Source: Squalus acanthias
Taxonomy: Eukaryota
DNA: 64,000 nucleotides
Assembly (NCBI GenBank): GCA_030390025.1
Contig: CM059432.1
Span: 24,306,001 to 24,370,000 of the forward strand
Direction: 5' to 3'
Below the pieces are notes generated by a model, which was given only the letters and a program-made list of their open reading frames with translations, did no database searches and was not told the origin of the DNA. Numbering within the stretch: position 1 is the first letter of the stretch; every line of letters begins with the position of its first letter. Positions 48,771 through 61,808 of the stretch are shown in pieces. Both the position numbers and the translations under genes were made by a program.

Positions 48771-49554
48771 TGTTTGGATCACTTTGTTTCATTTAAATAC
48801 TAACACTCTAGGATATTGGGATGGTTTTTCCTTTGGTATTCTGCCTGAAATCGGGTGGGATAGTGGGAGAAAAGGCAACTATCCCACCCGATTTCAGGCA
48901 AAATACTGAAGGCCTACTGTTGCCTCACTGCCCTAACCTAGATTTCCTTCAGGATCCCAGCTCATTTCCGTCCCGTCCACCCATTTTATCACTGCTCCCT
49001 AGAATCATCAAGTGTACCAGTTCAGTAGGCCTGCGGTAGCACCAGAAATATATTCAGGTGCTCCGAATGAAAGGAGAGAGCCCAGTCGAGGTCTTTAGCA
49101 AATGATCTAGTCCACGCATCTGTTAATGATGCCTGTTACCTCTGGGTGCTGCAACAGTGGTCCTGCTGAAGCCCTGCCTTGGTTTTCCTGGGGCCTTTGG
49201 TGGACTCCTGCTTGGTGTTGGTATTCCATTCAAGCCCACCATCAATACTCCTGATCCCGGGTGGTTCAGCCCTGTAGGGGTAGAGTAAGGATAATCCAAC
49301 CCATTGTCTCCAATCAATACCTCTTCTCCCTTTCTTCCTTCCCTATCATATTTGATAGTGAGAGGAGTAGACAGTTGCTTCTGTATATGTAAATACAAGT
49401 CCTGAATACTGTTTTGCCTCCCATGTACCAGGGACATAACAGAATGAATACATGAACCCTTAGTATGGGAGAGGGGGGGGGCAGATGGAGATTATTTTAG
49501 ATCCAGGAATATTTAATTTCTATTCCTGATTCAACTGCAGTTATTTTTTAGTTA

Positions 49555-51090
49555 TTAGGAAAGTCATCGCAAGAATCCTCCTCAATCGCCTTCTCCCAGT
49601 GGCTGAAGAGCTCCTCCCAGAGTCGCAATGCGGATTCCACCCACTAAGGGGCACAATGGACATGACCTTCACCGCGCGTCAATTACAAGAGAAATGCAGG
49701 GAACAGCACCAACCGCTGTACATGGCCTTCTTTGACCTCACAAAGGCCTTCGAAACTGTCAACCATAAAGGATTATGGAGTGTCCTCCTCAAATTCTTCT
49801 GCCCTCAAAAGTTTGTCACCATCCTCCGCCTGCTTCATGACGACATGCAAGCCGTGATCCTGACCAATGGTTCCACACAGATCTAATTCACATACGGACT
49901 GGGGTCAAGCAAGGCTGTGTCATTGCACCAACGCTCTTCTCGATCTTCCTTGCTGCAGTGCTCCACCTCACCCTCAGTAAGCTCCCCGCTGGAGTGGGAC
50001 TAATTTACAGATCTAACGGGAAACTGCTCAACCTCCGTCTCCTCCAGTCCAGATCTAAGGTCGTCCCAACCTCTGTCGTCGAATTACAATATGCAGACGA
50101 TGCTTGCATCTGCGCACACTCGGAGGTCGAACTCCAAACCATCGTCAACACCTTCACCCAAGCTTACGAGAGCGTGGGCCTTACACTAAACATCCGCAAG
50201 ACAAAGGTCCTCTACCAACCGGCCCCCACCACACAGTACTGCCCCCCGATTATAAAAATCCACGACAAGGCCCTGGACAATGTGGACCACTTTCCATACC
50301 TCGGGAGCCTACTGTCAACAAGGGCAGACGTCGATGATGAAGTCCAACACCGCCTTCAGTGTGCCAGTGCAGCCTTCGGTGGCCTGAGGAAGAGAGTGTT
50401 TGAAGACCAGGACCTCAAACCCGGCTCCAAGCTCATGGTCTACAGAGCAGTAGTGATACCCGCCTCCTGTATGCCTCAGAGACATGGACCATGTACAGCA
50501 GGCACCTCAAAGCACTGGAGAAGTAGCGCCAACGCTGCCTCCGCAAGATACTGCAATACCATTGGCAGGATAGGTGCACCAATGTCAGTGTTCTCGCTCA
50601 GGCCAACATCCCCAGCATCGAAGCTTTGACCACGCTCGATCAGCTCCGATGGACGGGCCACATCGTCCGCATGCCCGACACGAGACTCCCAATGCAAGCG
50701 CTCTACTCGGAGCTCCGACAAGATAGCCCCAGGTGGGCAGAGGAAACGCTTCAAGGACACCCTCAAAGCCTCCTTGAAAAAGTGCAACAACCCCACCGAC
50801 ACCTGGGAATCCCTGGCCCAAGACCGCATAAAGTGGAGGAGAAGCATTCGGGAAGGCACCAAACACCTCGAGTCTCTTCGCCGGGAGCAAGCAGATGCCC
50901 AGCTCAAGCAACGGAAAGAGCGCACATCAACCCAAGCACCCCACCCACCCGCCCCTTCAACCACCGTCTGCCCCACCTGTGACAGAGACTGTAGGTCCCG
51001 CATTGGACTCATTAGTCACCTGAGAACTCATTTTTAATGTGGAAGCAAGTCATCCTCGGTTCCGAGGGACTGCCCTAAGAAGAAGAGAAG
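49555..51090 (+). mobile_element. RTE-clade LINE, 5'-truncated, frameshifted
   Basis: LLPESQCGF, FFDLTKAF, GVKQGCVIAP, QYADD, C-terminal CPTCDRDCRSRIGLISHLRTH zinc finger, (AAG)n tail. Confidence 0.92.
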
Positions 51091-51101
51091 ATTGCTTTTA
51101 T

Positions 51102-51760
51102 ATAAGAACATAAGAAATAGGAGCAGGAGTTGGCCATTCGGCCCCTCGAGCCTGCTCCGCCATTCAATAAGATCATGGCTGATCTGTTCTTGGCCTCAAC
51201 TCCACTTTCCTGCCCGCTCCCCATAACCCTTGACTCCCCTGTTTTTCAAAAATCTGTCTATTTCCGCCTTGAATATATTCAATGACCCAGCCTCCACAGC
51301 TCTTTGGGGTAGAGAAGTCCAAAGGTTCACGACCCTCTGAGAGAAGAAATTCCTCCTCATCTCCGTGTTAAATGGGCGACCCCTTATCCTGAGACTATGT
51401 CCCCTAGTTCTAGATTCCCCCACGAGGGGAAACATCCTCTCAGCATCTACCCTGTCAAGCCCCCTCAGAATCATATGTTTCAATAAGATCACCTCTCATT
51501 CTTCTAAACTCCAATGAGTATAGGCTCAACTTGCTGAACCTTTCCTCATAAGACAACCCCTTCAACTCAGGAATCAACCTAGCGAACCTTCTATGAACTG
51601 CCTCCAATGCGAGTATATTCCTCCTTAAATAAGGAAATCAAAACTGTACGCAGTACTCCAGGTGTGGTCTCACAGTTGTAGCAAGACTTCCCTACTTTTA
51701 TACTCCATCCCCCTTGCAATAAAGTCCAACATTCCATTTGCCTTCCTAATTACTTGCTGA
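51102..51760 (-). mobile_element. CR1 3' fragment
   Basis: ORF 51196..51492; (ATAAGAAC) tail. Confidence 0.9.
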
Positions 51761-52436
51761 TCATGATTTACTGTTTCAATCAAGGACTCCAGATCCAAGT
51801 CTTATTTCTTATAATCTGGACACAACTTTTGCATGTTTCTGGCACATGGAGGCAGGACTCTCTTTTACAGTTATAGAAGGAACTGTCCTCTCGCTATCAC
51901 ATATGCATTTAACTCTCCATCCTTGGCTAACCACTTGCTGCACTATGCATCGTAGGTAATCATAATTTTCTCCTCTGAATCATTATTCTCCACTGCATCC
52001 ATTATAGGTACCCAGGACTACATACATATCAGATAGCTTTAGATCCCCCCTGGAGTTTCCTGCACTGCCTCTACCCGCCCAACCTCCATCCTTCCAACCC
52101 CCTCTGATGACCTCCAGCCTTCCGAACCCCTCCAATGATCCCCAGCCTTCTGACCCCTCCCCCCCCGGCATTCCGACCGTCCCCCGATCCCTTCTTCCCT
52201 CATCTCTGTGGGCTGGTACCGCAGGCCTACCCGCTCAACATCCAGCCAGCATCTCCCGAGGGAAACATGTTCTCCTGGGTTTCCCTACCATATTCCTGCA
52301 CCCCAACTCCCTCCCCGCCTCCAAGTTAAAATTCCGGCCAGTTGGTTCTACCTCTCCTTCCCTTCCTCTGGCTCATATTCACCTCCTACAATGTGTGCTC
52401 TTCCAATCTTTCCTCTTTCTGTATAATCTACATAGC

Positions 52437-53320
52437 GGGGGGACTTTTAACCCCCAAAAAACGGGTGGGTTGGGGTCAGGTGGGAGGATCAAGTGTTAAA
52501 AATCTGAATCCCGACCCCAGCCCGCCGACTTCCGGTTTTAACGGAGGCGGAACGGGGACGGGCGGCCAACCCGCTCCCAGGAGGTGGGTTGGCACTTTAA
52601 ATATTATAATGAGGCTGTGTGCCTCATTTTGAAGCTCCATTTTAAATTTAACTCTGGCTGGCTGGGTTTTCCGGGCCTCGAGAAACCTGCCAACTAAAGG
52701 AAGGTGAGGACTACTGGAACCAGGAAGTAAGTGCCTTTACACTTACCTGCTAGATCCAGCGATCCTGCCATGCCAGCCCCCAGTGATTGGACACCCCCGA
52801 CCCATCCGCTCTCCCCCCGGCCTCCCCTCTCCCCGAGGCCTCCGAAACACCCCCACCATGAAGCCTCTGATCTCCGATCCTCCTTCCTGACTTCCACCCC
52901 CTACCCCCCATTGACCTCTGAAAACCCGGCCCCTGAACTCCCCCCCCCACCCCCCCCCCGGCCTCCGATCCCACACTTTGGCCTCCGATCCCCAGCCCCC
53001 GACCCCCTTCCAACCTCCAGCCTTCCGACCCCCCCCCCCCGCCGCCGCCGCCAAACCTCCATCCTTCCGACCCCCCCCCTCTGATGACCTCCAGCCTTCC
53101 AAACCCCTCCAACGATCCCCAGCCTTCTGACCCCTTCCCCCCAATCCCGGCCTTCCGACCGTCCCCCGGTCCCTCCTTCCCTCCTCTCTGTGGGCTGGTG
53201 CCGCAGGCCTACTCGCTCAACATCCAGCCAGCATCTCCCGAGGGAAACATGTTCTCCTGAGTTTCCCTACCGTATTCCTGCACCCCAACTCCCTCCCCGC
53301 CTCCAAGTTAAAATTCCGGC
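52437..53320. mobile_element. C-rich Harbinger-type MITE; its right end is duplicated at ~52075-52351
   Basis: GGGGGGACTTTTAAC / GTTAAAATTCCGGCC. Confidence 0.75.
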
Positions 53321-54209
53321 CAGTTGGTTCTACATTTTTCTCAGTCTCAGTAATTTTCAGCTTAAGCAAGTCCACTTGGGAGACAGTTCTCACACCTATG
53401 GTTGTCATAGTTTGCAGAAACTCCCACATTGTGCTAAATTGCACCCAACACTGGTTTCACCATAACAATTAGAGTCAAAAACTCAATTTCCTGAAAGTAG
53501 TTTCAGGCCAACTGCACTTCAGTTCTAACCTCCAGTTCTGGTAAACCCCTTTAATTCTTTAGTTTCTCACAAGTCAATTACCTCTTTCTACTACAATATA
53601 CTTAAATTCTCTCAAATCAACACTGTCAGCATGAACAAGCAGCAAATCCAATAGTCAATCAATAAGAAGCACACCTCACCACCAGTAATTTCATACCTAA
53701 TTGATAGCTAGCTTGTCATTCAAACCACCCTGTTCGCACTTGTAATAACGCTAGTTAATTCAATAGTTACCTATGCACTCATCCTCTTCAGTTTAGGCCT
53801 GTATTCCCTCAGCTGTCTTCACACTTAACTCAATTTCCCCTTTGGGGGGGAGGTGGGGTTTTAGCTTTTTGGTGGAAATGTTTTAAAGTATGGGTTCAGG
53901 ATCTATGTTGGTCCATGTTACAATGCAAGGTGGGCTTTCTGAACCATCTCCCCATCATTCATCACATGTCAGGCTGTTGCACATTCTTTAATTTTTTTAA
54001 AATATATATTCTATCAGACTTTGCATTCCATTTTATATCAAAATATTTTTAACTATTTCAAATGACCCCTACCAGGATTCACAACCTTTCTCTTCCTCTT
54101 GTGAAGCTCTCTCCTAGCTGATTACTGTATCTGGAACACTACACAGCAATAAAATGAGTTATTGAGAAGGATGACTTTTGGGAAGCTTTATCCAGTGATA
54201 CAACTTTCA

Positions 54210-54450
54210 TACAACAACAACAACAACAAGTATTTATATAGCACCTATAACATAGTAAAATGTCCCAAGGCGCTTCACAGGAGTATTAAAAGACAAAAAA
54301 ATTGACACCGAGCCACATAAGGAGGAATTAGGGCAGGTGACCAAATGCTTGGTCAAAGAGGTAGGTTTTAAGGAGCGTCTTAAAGGAGGAGAGAGAGGTA
54401 GCAAGGCAGAGAATTCCAGAGCTTAGGGCTGAGGCAGCAGAAGGCATGGT
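54210..54450 (-). mobile_element. L2 3' end
   Basis: Near-identical to 32424-32670; (CAA)n on +. Confidence 0.85.
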
Positions 54451-56265
54451 CTGAAACTGATGGGAAACAGAAACCTTTTTCAGACTGAGAAAATCTGATA
54501 AGTGTAATGATATTTTGGTGGTTTAATTAGTTTTATACATGTGTCCCTCAGGGAAATGAGTGAAACCAGCCTTACGTCAGTGTTTATCCCATATCCCATG
54601 GATCAATCAGCTCAAATGTGACTCTAAGTCAAGTTATTCAGTTCTCTCAACAAATGTGTTCATCAGCGCACCATTGAACTTTTCTCTCTTTCTCATCCTA
54701 AATAAGCAGTCCTAAGGATTTTTCTCCTCCCTGCATGCTCACTGTCATATAATCGAGACTCTAGCTGTATCTCTTACTCTAATTCTTTCCCGGTCTACAA
54801 AACTCTGGAGATCCTGACTTCATTCAGTCTTCCTTTCCCCATACAATCTGCAGGCATCACTAATTTACCTAGTCGACTCTCCTATCTTTTCCAATCTTAG
54901 TAGTTTCCTACTCTATGGGCCTTGCCCCTACAACTTGGCTTTTCAAAAAAAATTTCAGGATGCAGGTTCTGTTTCCATTGGTATTCTGAGCCTTATGTGG
55001 AGACTTTACTGGCTCAGTAATTGGAGCAGCTGATGTACACTAAATATCTTATTAAATGCCTCGGGCACATTACCTGACCTACTCTAAGCAAACTCTTGCA
55101 GCACACCTGCCATTATTCGATATGACTGTCCTCCTGTTGGGGATGAGATAACCTTGCTGTAGAATTTAATGTTTTTTTGTGTCAAAGATAAGAAAAAACT
55201 ATTGATAAGAAAAGAAAAATTGTCCTATTATTGAGATAAATCCTTGTTTATGTCAATGCAATTGGCTGGTGGTGTTATGTCTGACATGTTTATAAAGGAC
55301 AGCACCGAGTAAATTCAATTTTGAATGTTCTACAATTGGTAATTTGTTTCGGAAAATGAAATGTGTACAAAGATATGGAGTTTTAGTGACTGAAAATAAA
55401 TTAATAGCACTAGCTGCTCAGGGGTAGTCTGCAGCCTGCAACATGGTTAAGCTGTTTAGCTTTTATCAGGGAGCAGTGTTTTAACTTGGTCTGTCACTTT
55501 AAAGCACACTGTTTGGGCATTCCTTATGGGGAAAGTTGTACAAAGAGATACACCGGGGGGGGAGGGGGGGGGCGTCAATTAGAGACTATTTGTGAATTGA
55601 GGTATGTATAGAATGGCAACGTGTATAACTATTGGGGAAGGACCAAGTTATCAAGTTCAGGAAAAACAACAAGAAATTCTGGCTTTTTCTCTTCTATATA
55701 TTTGACAGACACTTAAATATTATGGATGCGTGCTATATGTGTAGACATTTAGCGTCAAATAGAGTTCAGGATTATCCGACTCAGTCCAGCACTTCAGTCT
55801 GCCACCGCCATTTTGTTTTTGATTGAACTGTTCACTATGAAAAATAATTATCCCAAGGAAGATACAGGGAGGGGAGCTTTACTGGAATGCAAGAATTAAA
55901 AGCAGTCACCAAAACAAAATGAAGTTACAAAAAAAAGAGAGAAAATGGCTGGTTTCACAGCATGTTCGGTCCTAATTGACTCAACATGGTCTACACATCA
56001 CAGTATCTCTAAATTATGGAAGGTATGATGAAGATGGTTTAGCTGCATCCTGGCAAGTTAAATTAATCACTTTAACCAGTTGGAAGGAAGTGTCAAGATT
56101 AACACCCGGGGTTGTTTCTCTTCAAGTGCACATTAGGGTCAGACACGGCCTGCTGGGCCAATCATTAAAAATGAAACAAACGCGCATTTCAGCTTTCGAA
56201 TCGTTAGACGAAAGTGACTAAAGTGTTGTTGAAATATTAGTTGTGCTCTCTGCTGGGTTTCACAG

Positions 56266-56331
56266 TCCAAATTCTTGACAACTGGAGTTTGAATCCAGAG
56301 GCTAATTCTTCCGTTTCTCAAGTTCTTGCTG
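56266..56331 (+). CDS. Candidate 66-nt symmetric (phase 1-1) internal exon, gene unidentified
   Basis: gtttcacag|TC CAA ATT...GCT G|gtaata; open frame QILDNWSLNPEANSSVSQVLA. Confidence 0.25.
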
Positions 56332-56559
56332 GTAATATCACTAAAAAGGCATTAGTTGGATTTTCCGACCATAAATAGTCAGGAAAATCTAACACATTTA
56401 GCAGCTGCCAGTGCAACATGGTTGCCACCAAAGATGATAATCAAATCCCACACCGTGCCACTCAAGTTATAGGCCCCAAATATTATGATAAAGCATCTGT
56501 GGCCATTGAAATAGCTGTGGTAATGAAACAAGAAGAGGGATTACAGTTACTACCCGTTC

Positions 56560-56880
56560 AGCAACAACAACAACAACTTGCATTTATATAACCCTTTTAA
56601 CGTAGTAAACCGTCCCAAGGCACCTCACAGGAGAGTAATCAGATAAAATTTGATGCTGAGCCAAAGGAGGCATCAGGGCAGTTGACCAAAAGCTTGGTCA
56701 AAGAGGGTGGTTTGAAGGACGATCTTAAAGGAGGGGTGGGAGGTGGGGAGGCGGAGAGTTTTATGGAGGGAATTCCAGAGCTTAAGGCCTAGAAGGCTGA
56801 ATGCATAGCCGCCAATGGTGGGGCGAAGGAAGTGGGGGATGGACAAGAGGCCCGCCTTGGAGGAACGCAGAGTTCAAGAC
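56560..56880 (-). mobile_element. L2 3' end
   Basis: (CAA)n tail and L2 3' UTR. Confidence 0.8.
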
Positions 56881-56989
56881 ATACAAGGACAGCATGTTTT
56901 ACTGAGAGTGCTGTGTCTGTACTTGTGGTTGAAGTTCCATCTCACCAGCAGCCAATTTTCAGGATGGCTGATAAAGAAAGAAGGAAGAA

Positions 56990-57290
56990 CGAACTTGTGC
57001 TCATAGAGTGTGTTTCACATCTTTAAGGCTTCCCAAATTGCCCCACAGCTAATGATTAATTTTTGAAGTGAAGTCACTATTGTTACGTAGGCAAACACTG
57101 CAGTCAATTTGCACACAGAAAGGTCCCCAAAACAGGAGAAAAATGACTAGTTAATCTGTTTTTAGTGGTGGTGTTGGTTGAGGGAGGAATGTTTGTCAGG
57201 GCACGAGGACAACTTCCTGTCCCTCTTTGGATGGTGCCATGGGATTTTTTACGGCCACCTGGAGAGGCAGATAGGGTCTCCGTGTAAAAC
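56990..57290 (-). mobile_element. Deu-SINE fragment
   Basis: GTGCCATGGGATTTTTTACGGCCACC core. Confidence 0.65.
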
Positions 57291-57311
57291 AGATTTCACA
57301 GCAAGTAAGAT

Positions 57312-57425
57312 GTGAAACTTGATGCATGGGAGAAGGTGACACAGCGTGTTGGTGCCACGTCGGAAATCAGGAGAACCATTAGCAAGGTGTCAAAGAAATT
57401 TGGGGCCATCATGAAAGCCACCAAA
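57312..57425 (+). pseudogene. Orphan Harbinger Myb/SANT exon-1 fragment
   Basis: VKLDAWEKVTQRVGATSEIRRTISKVSKKFGAIMKATK|gtaagt, same phase-0 donor position as the other Myb genes. Confidence 0.6.
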
Positions 57426-57619
57426 GTAAGTGATCATAATGAAAACCTGCTCTGCACTCACCATTATACTCTATTCAGTCGATAGAATTAGAAGAGTACT
57501 GTTGCTGTAGCGAAAAGCTGACAAATATGGTATACATTAAGGAGGAAAAAATGAGTGAAGCTCTCATTTCATACCATATTAAGAGATGGGTTCAAAATTC
57601 ATAGAGTCTTTGAAACTTA

Positions 57620-58464
57620 GGGCTGGATTTTGCCAATGGGGAGCTTTTGGAGGCGGGACTCCCACTTGTCGGGTTTCAGTCCCGCCTCCATCGATTTCTG
57701 GCCAACCCACGCTATTTCCCCTTGATTGACCTTGTTAAGCTCGCCCAGCGGGCTTAGCAGGCCAATTAAGGGGAAGCCGGTTACAGAGAACGTCAGCATA
57801 TGACATTTCATCCGTCAAAAAATTTTGACAGATGAATTGTCATCGTTTGACAGCTCTGTGAAGCTGTCAAACATTGACATTCTCTGTAGTTTGATGAATT
57901 CTTGTATTCAAGGCTCATCAAACCTCTTTCTTTAGCAGAAATTAGATGGTTGTTGCATTGGAGAATGCAGCAGCCATCTGTCATCTCTGCCGGTGAGATG
58001 CGAGACTCTCCGCATCCCCAACGATTGAAACCTGCAGGAAGAAACAAAGATAAGTAAACTTTTTCTAACATTTTCCACTTACCTCACATACTCACCTCTC
58101 CACACTTGCACCCATCACTTACCTTCACAGCGCACTTTTGCACCCCTCTGACCCCCGCAGACCCACTGCTCGCCTCGGTGACCCTTTCGGGGTTTGCAGC
58201 CTTCGGGAAGCCCGCACTTGTGTGGGTAAAATGGGGATAATCCTCTTATCTGCCTGTTAGCTACCTGTTAACAGGCAGTTAAGTGGCTGTAATCCCCTTT
58301 CCACCTCCAGGAGACGGGACCCGGCGCGAGTCGGCTACCCACCTCCCGGGAAGATGGCACGGAGGCGGGTTGGGGGCGGGATGGGCACCCACCCCCAGAT
58401 TCTGCCATTTTCCCGGCAGTCCCACCTCTAAACCTGCTTCCCCAGGGCTGGCAAGATCACGCCC
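57620..58464. mobile_element. Harbinger-type MITE (9639 family)
   Basis: GGGCTGGATTTTGCC / GGCAAGATCACGCCC; reverse-complement similarity to 9639-10480. Confidence 0.85.
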
Positions 58465-59224
58465 TTTCAGTACCGAAGGCAGCCATTCGGCCCGTCATGC
58501 CTGTGCTGGCTCTTTGAAAGAGCAGTCATGCTTAGTCCCACACCCCCACTTTTTGTCCGTAACCCTGTAAGTTCCTCATCCTCAAGTACCTGTCCAACAC
58601 CCTATTAAAATTATTTATAGAATCAGATTCCACACCTTTTCATGTAGAGCGTTCCAGATCGTGACAATATTGATGAACGAATGAGCCAATAGGCCTTGAG
58701 ATCCTGCACCATGAAATAGCGAGCATTTGGTGCATGTATAGGAAGACAATGTAATGATAAAGTTAGGGAGGGCCAGCTAATCTTTTCATTCCTGTGTGGC
58801 TTGTAAGGAGTAAAAAGGAACCATGTGAGCATTTACAAAATAATTAAGCCAAGCAGCCGACATGCAATTAAATATATGCAATATGTAATCTGAGTGCCAT
58901 ACCACGCATTATAGTGATCATTTTGCTTGTTGGAGGCCAAGGTCGTACAGAAATTAGACTGCCATTTCCCATTCATGTCCACGGTTTCATGATGGCTAAA
59001 ATATCTTGATTATAATTAGTTTTTACCAGAAACGCATTTCCCTTTATTTAATCTCTTCATCTTTTCTCCCAAAGTTTAAATCAAAAAGCAGGAATGCTGA
59101 TGAGTTTCCCTCAAGGCCTCATTAGGACATCATCAATGTGATCAGTTCAAGACCATGACACGTAACTCTACCTTTGTACAAATTTAATAATGGGCAGCAG
59201 TAACTCCACCAAGGCTTAAGTATG

Positions 59225-59842
59225 TAGAATCATAGAATCATAGAATGGTTATAGCGCAGAAGGCGGCTATTTGGCCTGTCGAGCCCATGCCGGCTCTCTG
59301 CAAGAGCACTTCAGCTAGTCCCACTCCCCTGCCCTTTCCCCGTAGCCCTGCAATTTTTTTTCCTTCAGGCACTTATCCAATTCCATTTTGAAAGCCATGA
59401 TTGAATCTGCCTCCACCAGCCTTTCAGGCAGTGCATTCCCGATCCTAACCACTCGCTGCGTAAAAAAGTTTTTCATAATGTCGCCTTTGGTTCTTCTGCC
59501 AATCACCTTAAATCTGTGTTCTCTGGTTCTCGACCCTTCCGACAATGGGAACTGTTTCTCTCTATCTACTCTGTCGAGACCCATCATGATTTTCAACACC
59601 TCTATCAAATCTACTCTCGACCTTCTCCGCTCTAAGGAGAACAACCCCAGCTTCTCCAATCTATCCACATAAGTGAAGTCCCTCATCCCTGGAACCATTC
59701 TTGTAAATCTTTTCTGCACCCTCTCTAAGGCCTTCACATCCTTCCTAAAGTGCGGAACCCAGAATTGGACACAATCCTCCAGTTGAGGCCGAACCAGTGT
59801 TTTATACAGGTTCATCATAACGTCCTTGCTTTTGTACTCTAT
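59225..59842 (-). mobile_element. CR1 3' part, target of the Harbinger insertion
   Basis: ORF 59315..59857; (ATAGAATC)n tail. Confidence 0.9.
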
Positions 59843-60353
59843 GGGGTAAAAATTCACTTGGTTGCGCCTCCCGTTAGCGCCTTAAGAGGGCGCTAATGGG
59901 GCGTTAAGCCGCTAACGCCCGGGCGCAGCGATGTTTGCGCCGCTCGAGAACTTAACTTGAGATTGTGCGGCGGCGCTAAAACTTACTGCTGCGATCTCCT
60001 GCGCGCGCAGATTGTGACGTCATTCCATGGTGCAACGCCCTTGGGGCGCCCCGGAGCGGAAATTGAGTGGCGCCCCCTGCCTTACCGCCTGGCGCTTCCA
60101 ACGACCGGAAGACTGGAACGCTATCAATCGGTGTGGGGCTGGGGGGGGCGCTATTTAAAGGGGGCCTCTTCCTGTCTTTTTCTGTGGTCGACATTTATGC
60201 ACCACTCGTTCTGAGAGAGAGAGAGAGATTCGGAGAGAGAGAGAGAGAGACTTCTACATTGACTCAACGCTTTGTGAGGTAGTTTTGCCTATTCATCCTA
60301 ACTTTGTTGCTACTTTAGTTGCTGTACCTCATTACTTTTCTGGCAAAGAGAAA

Positions 60354-61514
60354 ATGGGGGCTGCAATGATTGGGGGCGTCGTCCTGCTCCAGCTGAATCG
60401 GAGGATACCAAGACGCAGACAGAGAGTGGCAATGATGGCCAGACGGAGGAGGGCCATCAGGCGCATGTACAGGAGAGCTTACCCTCCCAGGGTATATCGT
60501 GAACAGCTCTCCTACATCCATATGTCCGAGGAGCTGTGTTTGCGAAGGCTGCGATTCAGCAAGGAGCTGGTCACTGAGCTCTGCCACCTGCTGCAGCCAG
60601 ATCTGCAGCCTCAGCTGAGGTCCAGGACGTCTCTGTCGGTGGCAGTGAAGGTCACAGTGGCTTTGAACTTCTACGCCACTGGCTCATTCCAAGCTGCTGT
60701 TGGGGACCTCGCCAATATCTTCCAGTTTGCGGTGCATCGCTGCATCCGGCAGGTCACCAATGCCCTCTTCAGAAGGAGACGAGACTTCATCTCTTTCCCT
60801 ATGACCCCAGACAAGCAGCGTGACCGCGCTCTGGGCTTTGCGAGGGTAGCGGGCTTCCCCATGGTGCAGGGCGCCATTGACTGCACGCATGTGGCTTTGC
60901 GTGCTCCGCGAGAGAATGCAGAGGAATTCAGGAATAGAAAGGGGTTCCATTCCTTGAATGTGCAGTTGGTCTGTGATGACAGACAGGTGATACTCGCTGT
61001 CAATGCCCACTATCCGGGCAGCTGCCACGATGCTTTCATCCTGCGCCAGACTACTGTGGCAGAAGTTTTCGAGGCACCACATCAGCCAGTTGGTTGGCTT
61101 CTGGGGGACAAGGGGTACGCATTGAGCACCTGGCTGATGACACCGCTCCGTACGCCAAACACCCCTGCTGAGCTGCTGTACAATGAAAGCCATCAAGCAA
61201 CCAGGAACATTATTGAGCGCACAATCGGCGTGCTGAAACAACGGTTCCGCTGTCTGGACCATTCCGGAGGAGCCCTGCAGTACTCGCCTGAGCAAGTTTC
61301 GAACTTCGTAGTCGTGTGCTGCATGTTGCACAACATGGCAGTCCTCAGGACCCAGCCAATGCCACCAGGCCTTGTAGCACCACCAGAGGAGGAGGAGGAA
61401 GAGGAGGAAGAGGACGAGGACGATGATCATCAGCAGCACCAAGGCAGGAGGGCGGCCCACAATGGTCAAACTGCAAGTGCCGTCCGTCAACGACTAATAG
61501 CAAGCCGTTTCTAG
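60354..61514 (+). CDS. Harbinger DDE transposase (HARBI1-like nuclease), intact ORF
   Basis: ALNFYATGSFQ (HTH region), GAIDCTH, NRKGFHSLNVQLVCD, PGSCHD, LLGDKGY, IERTIGVLKQRFRCL; first ATG at 60354. Confidence 0.93.
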   Translation: MGAAMIGGVVLLQLNRRIPRRRQRVAMMARRRRAIRRMYRRAYPPRVYREQLSYIHMSEELCLRRLRFSKELVTELCHLLQPDLQPQLRSRTSLSVAVKVTVALNFYATGSFQAAVGDLANIFQFAVHRCIRQVTNALFRRRRDFISFPMTPDKQRDRALGFARVAGFPMVQGAIDCTHVALRAPRENAEEFRNRKGFHSLNVQLVCDDRQVILAVNAHYPGSCHDAFILRQTTVAEVFEAPHQPVGWLLGDKGYALSTWLMTPLRTPNTPAELLYNESHQATRNIIERTIGVLKQRFRCLDHSGGALQYSPEQVSNFVVVCCMLHNMAVLRTQPMPPGLVAPPEEEEEEEEEDEDDDHQQHQGRRAAHNGQTASAVRQRLIASRF

Positions 61515-61808
61515 GGCCCCTGCCATTGCTACAAACACTAATCAACCCAGCACGCAACCCCTAAGCCGGCCAAGGCACCAATAATTCCAACCACCAGCCA
61601 TGTATATTTTGAATACAGAAACTTATTTATTTTACAAACTCTGTGTGTGTCAATTCCTCATGACAAACTCATAGAAATAAACACAAAAAAACAGTCAATA
61701 ACATAACTGGTTCTCACAACCTGGAGATAATGTCCAAAACACTAAACAAAAGTTGGACCATGAACCTCGGCCTTTAATAAAAAAATGACCAGCATTTTGT
61801 CACACCTC

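Noticed and set aside
52694..53144. Pro-rich and Gly-rich ORFs
   Set aside because: Produced by low-complexity C-rich MITE sequence.
60684..61490. 268-aa minus-strand ORF
   Set aside because: Antisense shadow of the GC-rich transposase; no recognisable motifs.
60354..61514. Domesticated host HARBI1 gene
   Set aside because: It lies inside a TIR-started element inserted in a CR1 and is paired with a Myb gene, which is transposon architecture.
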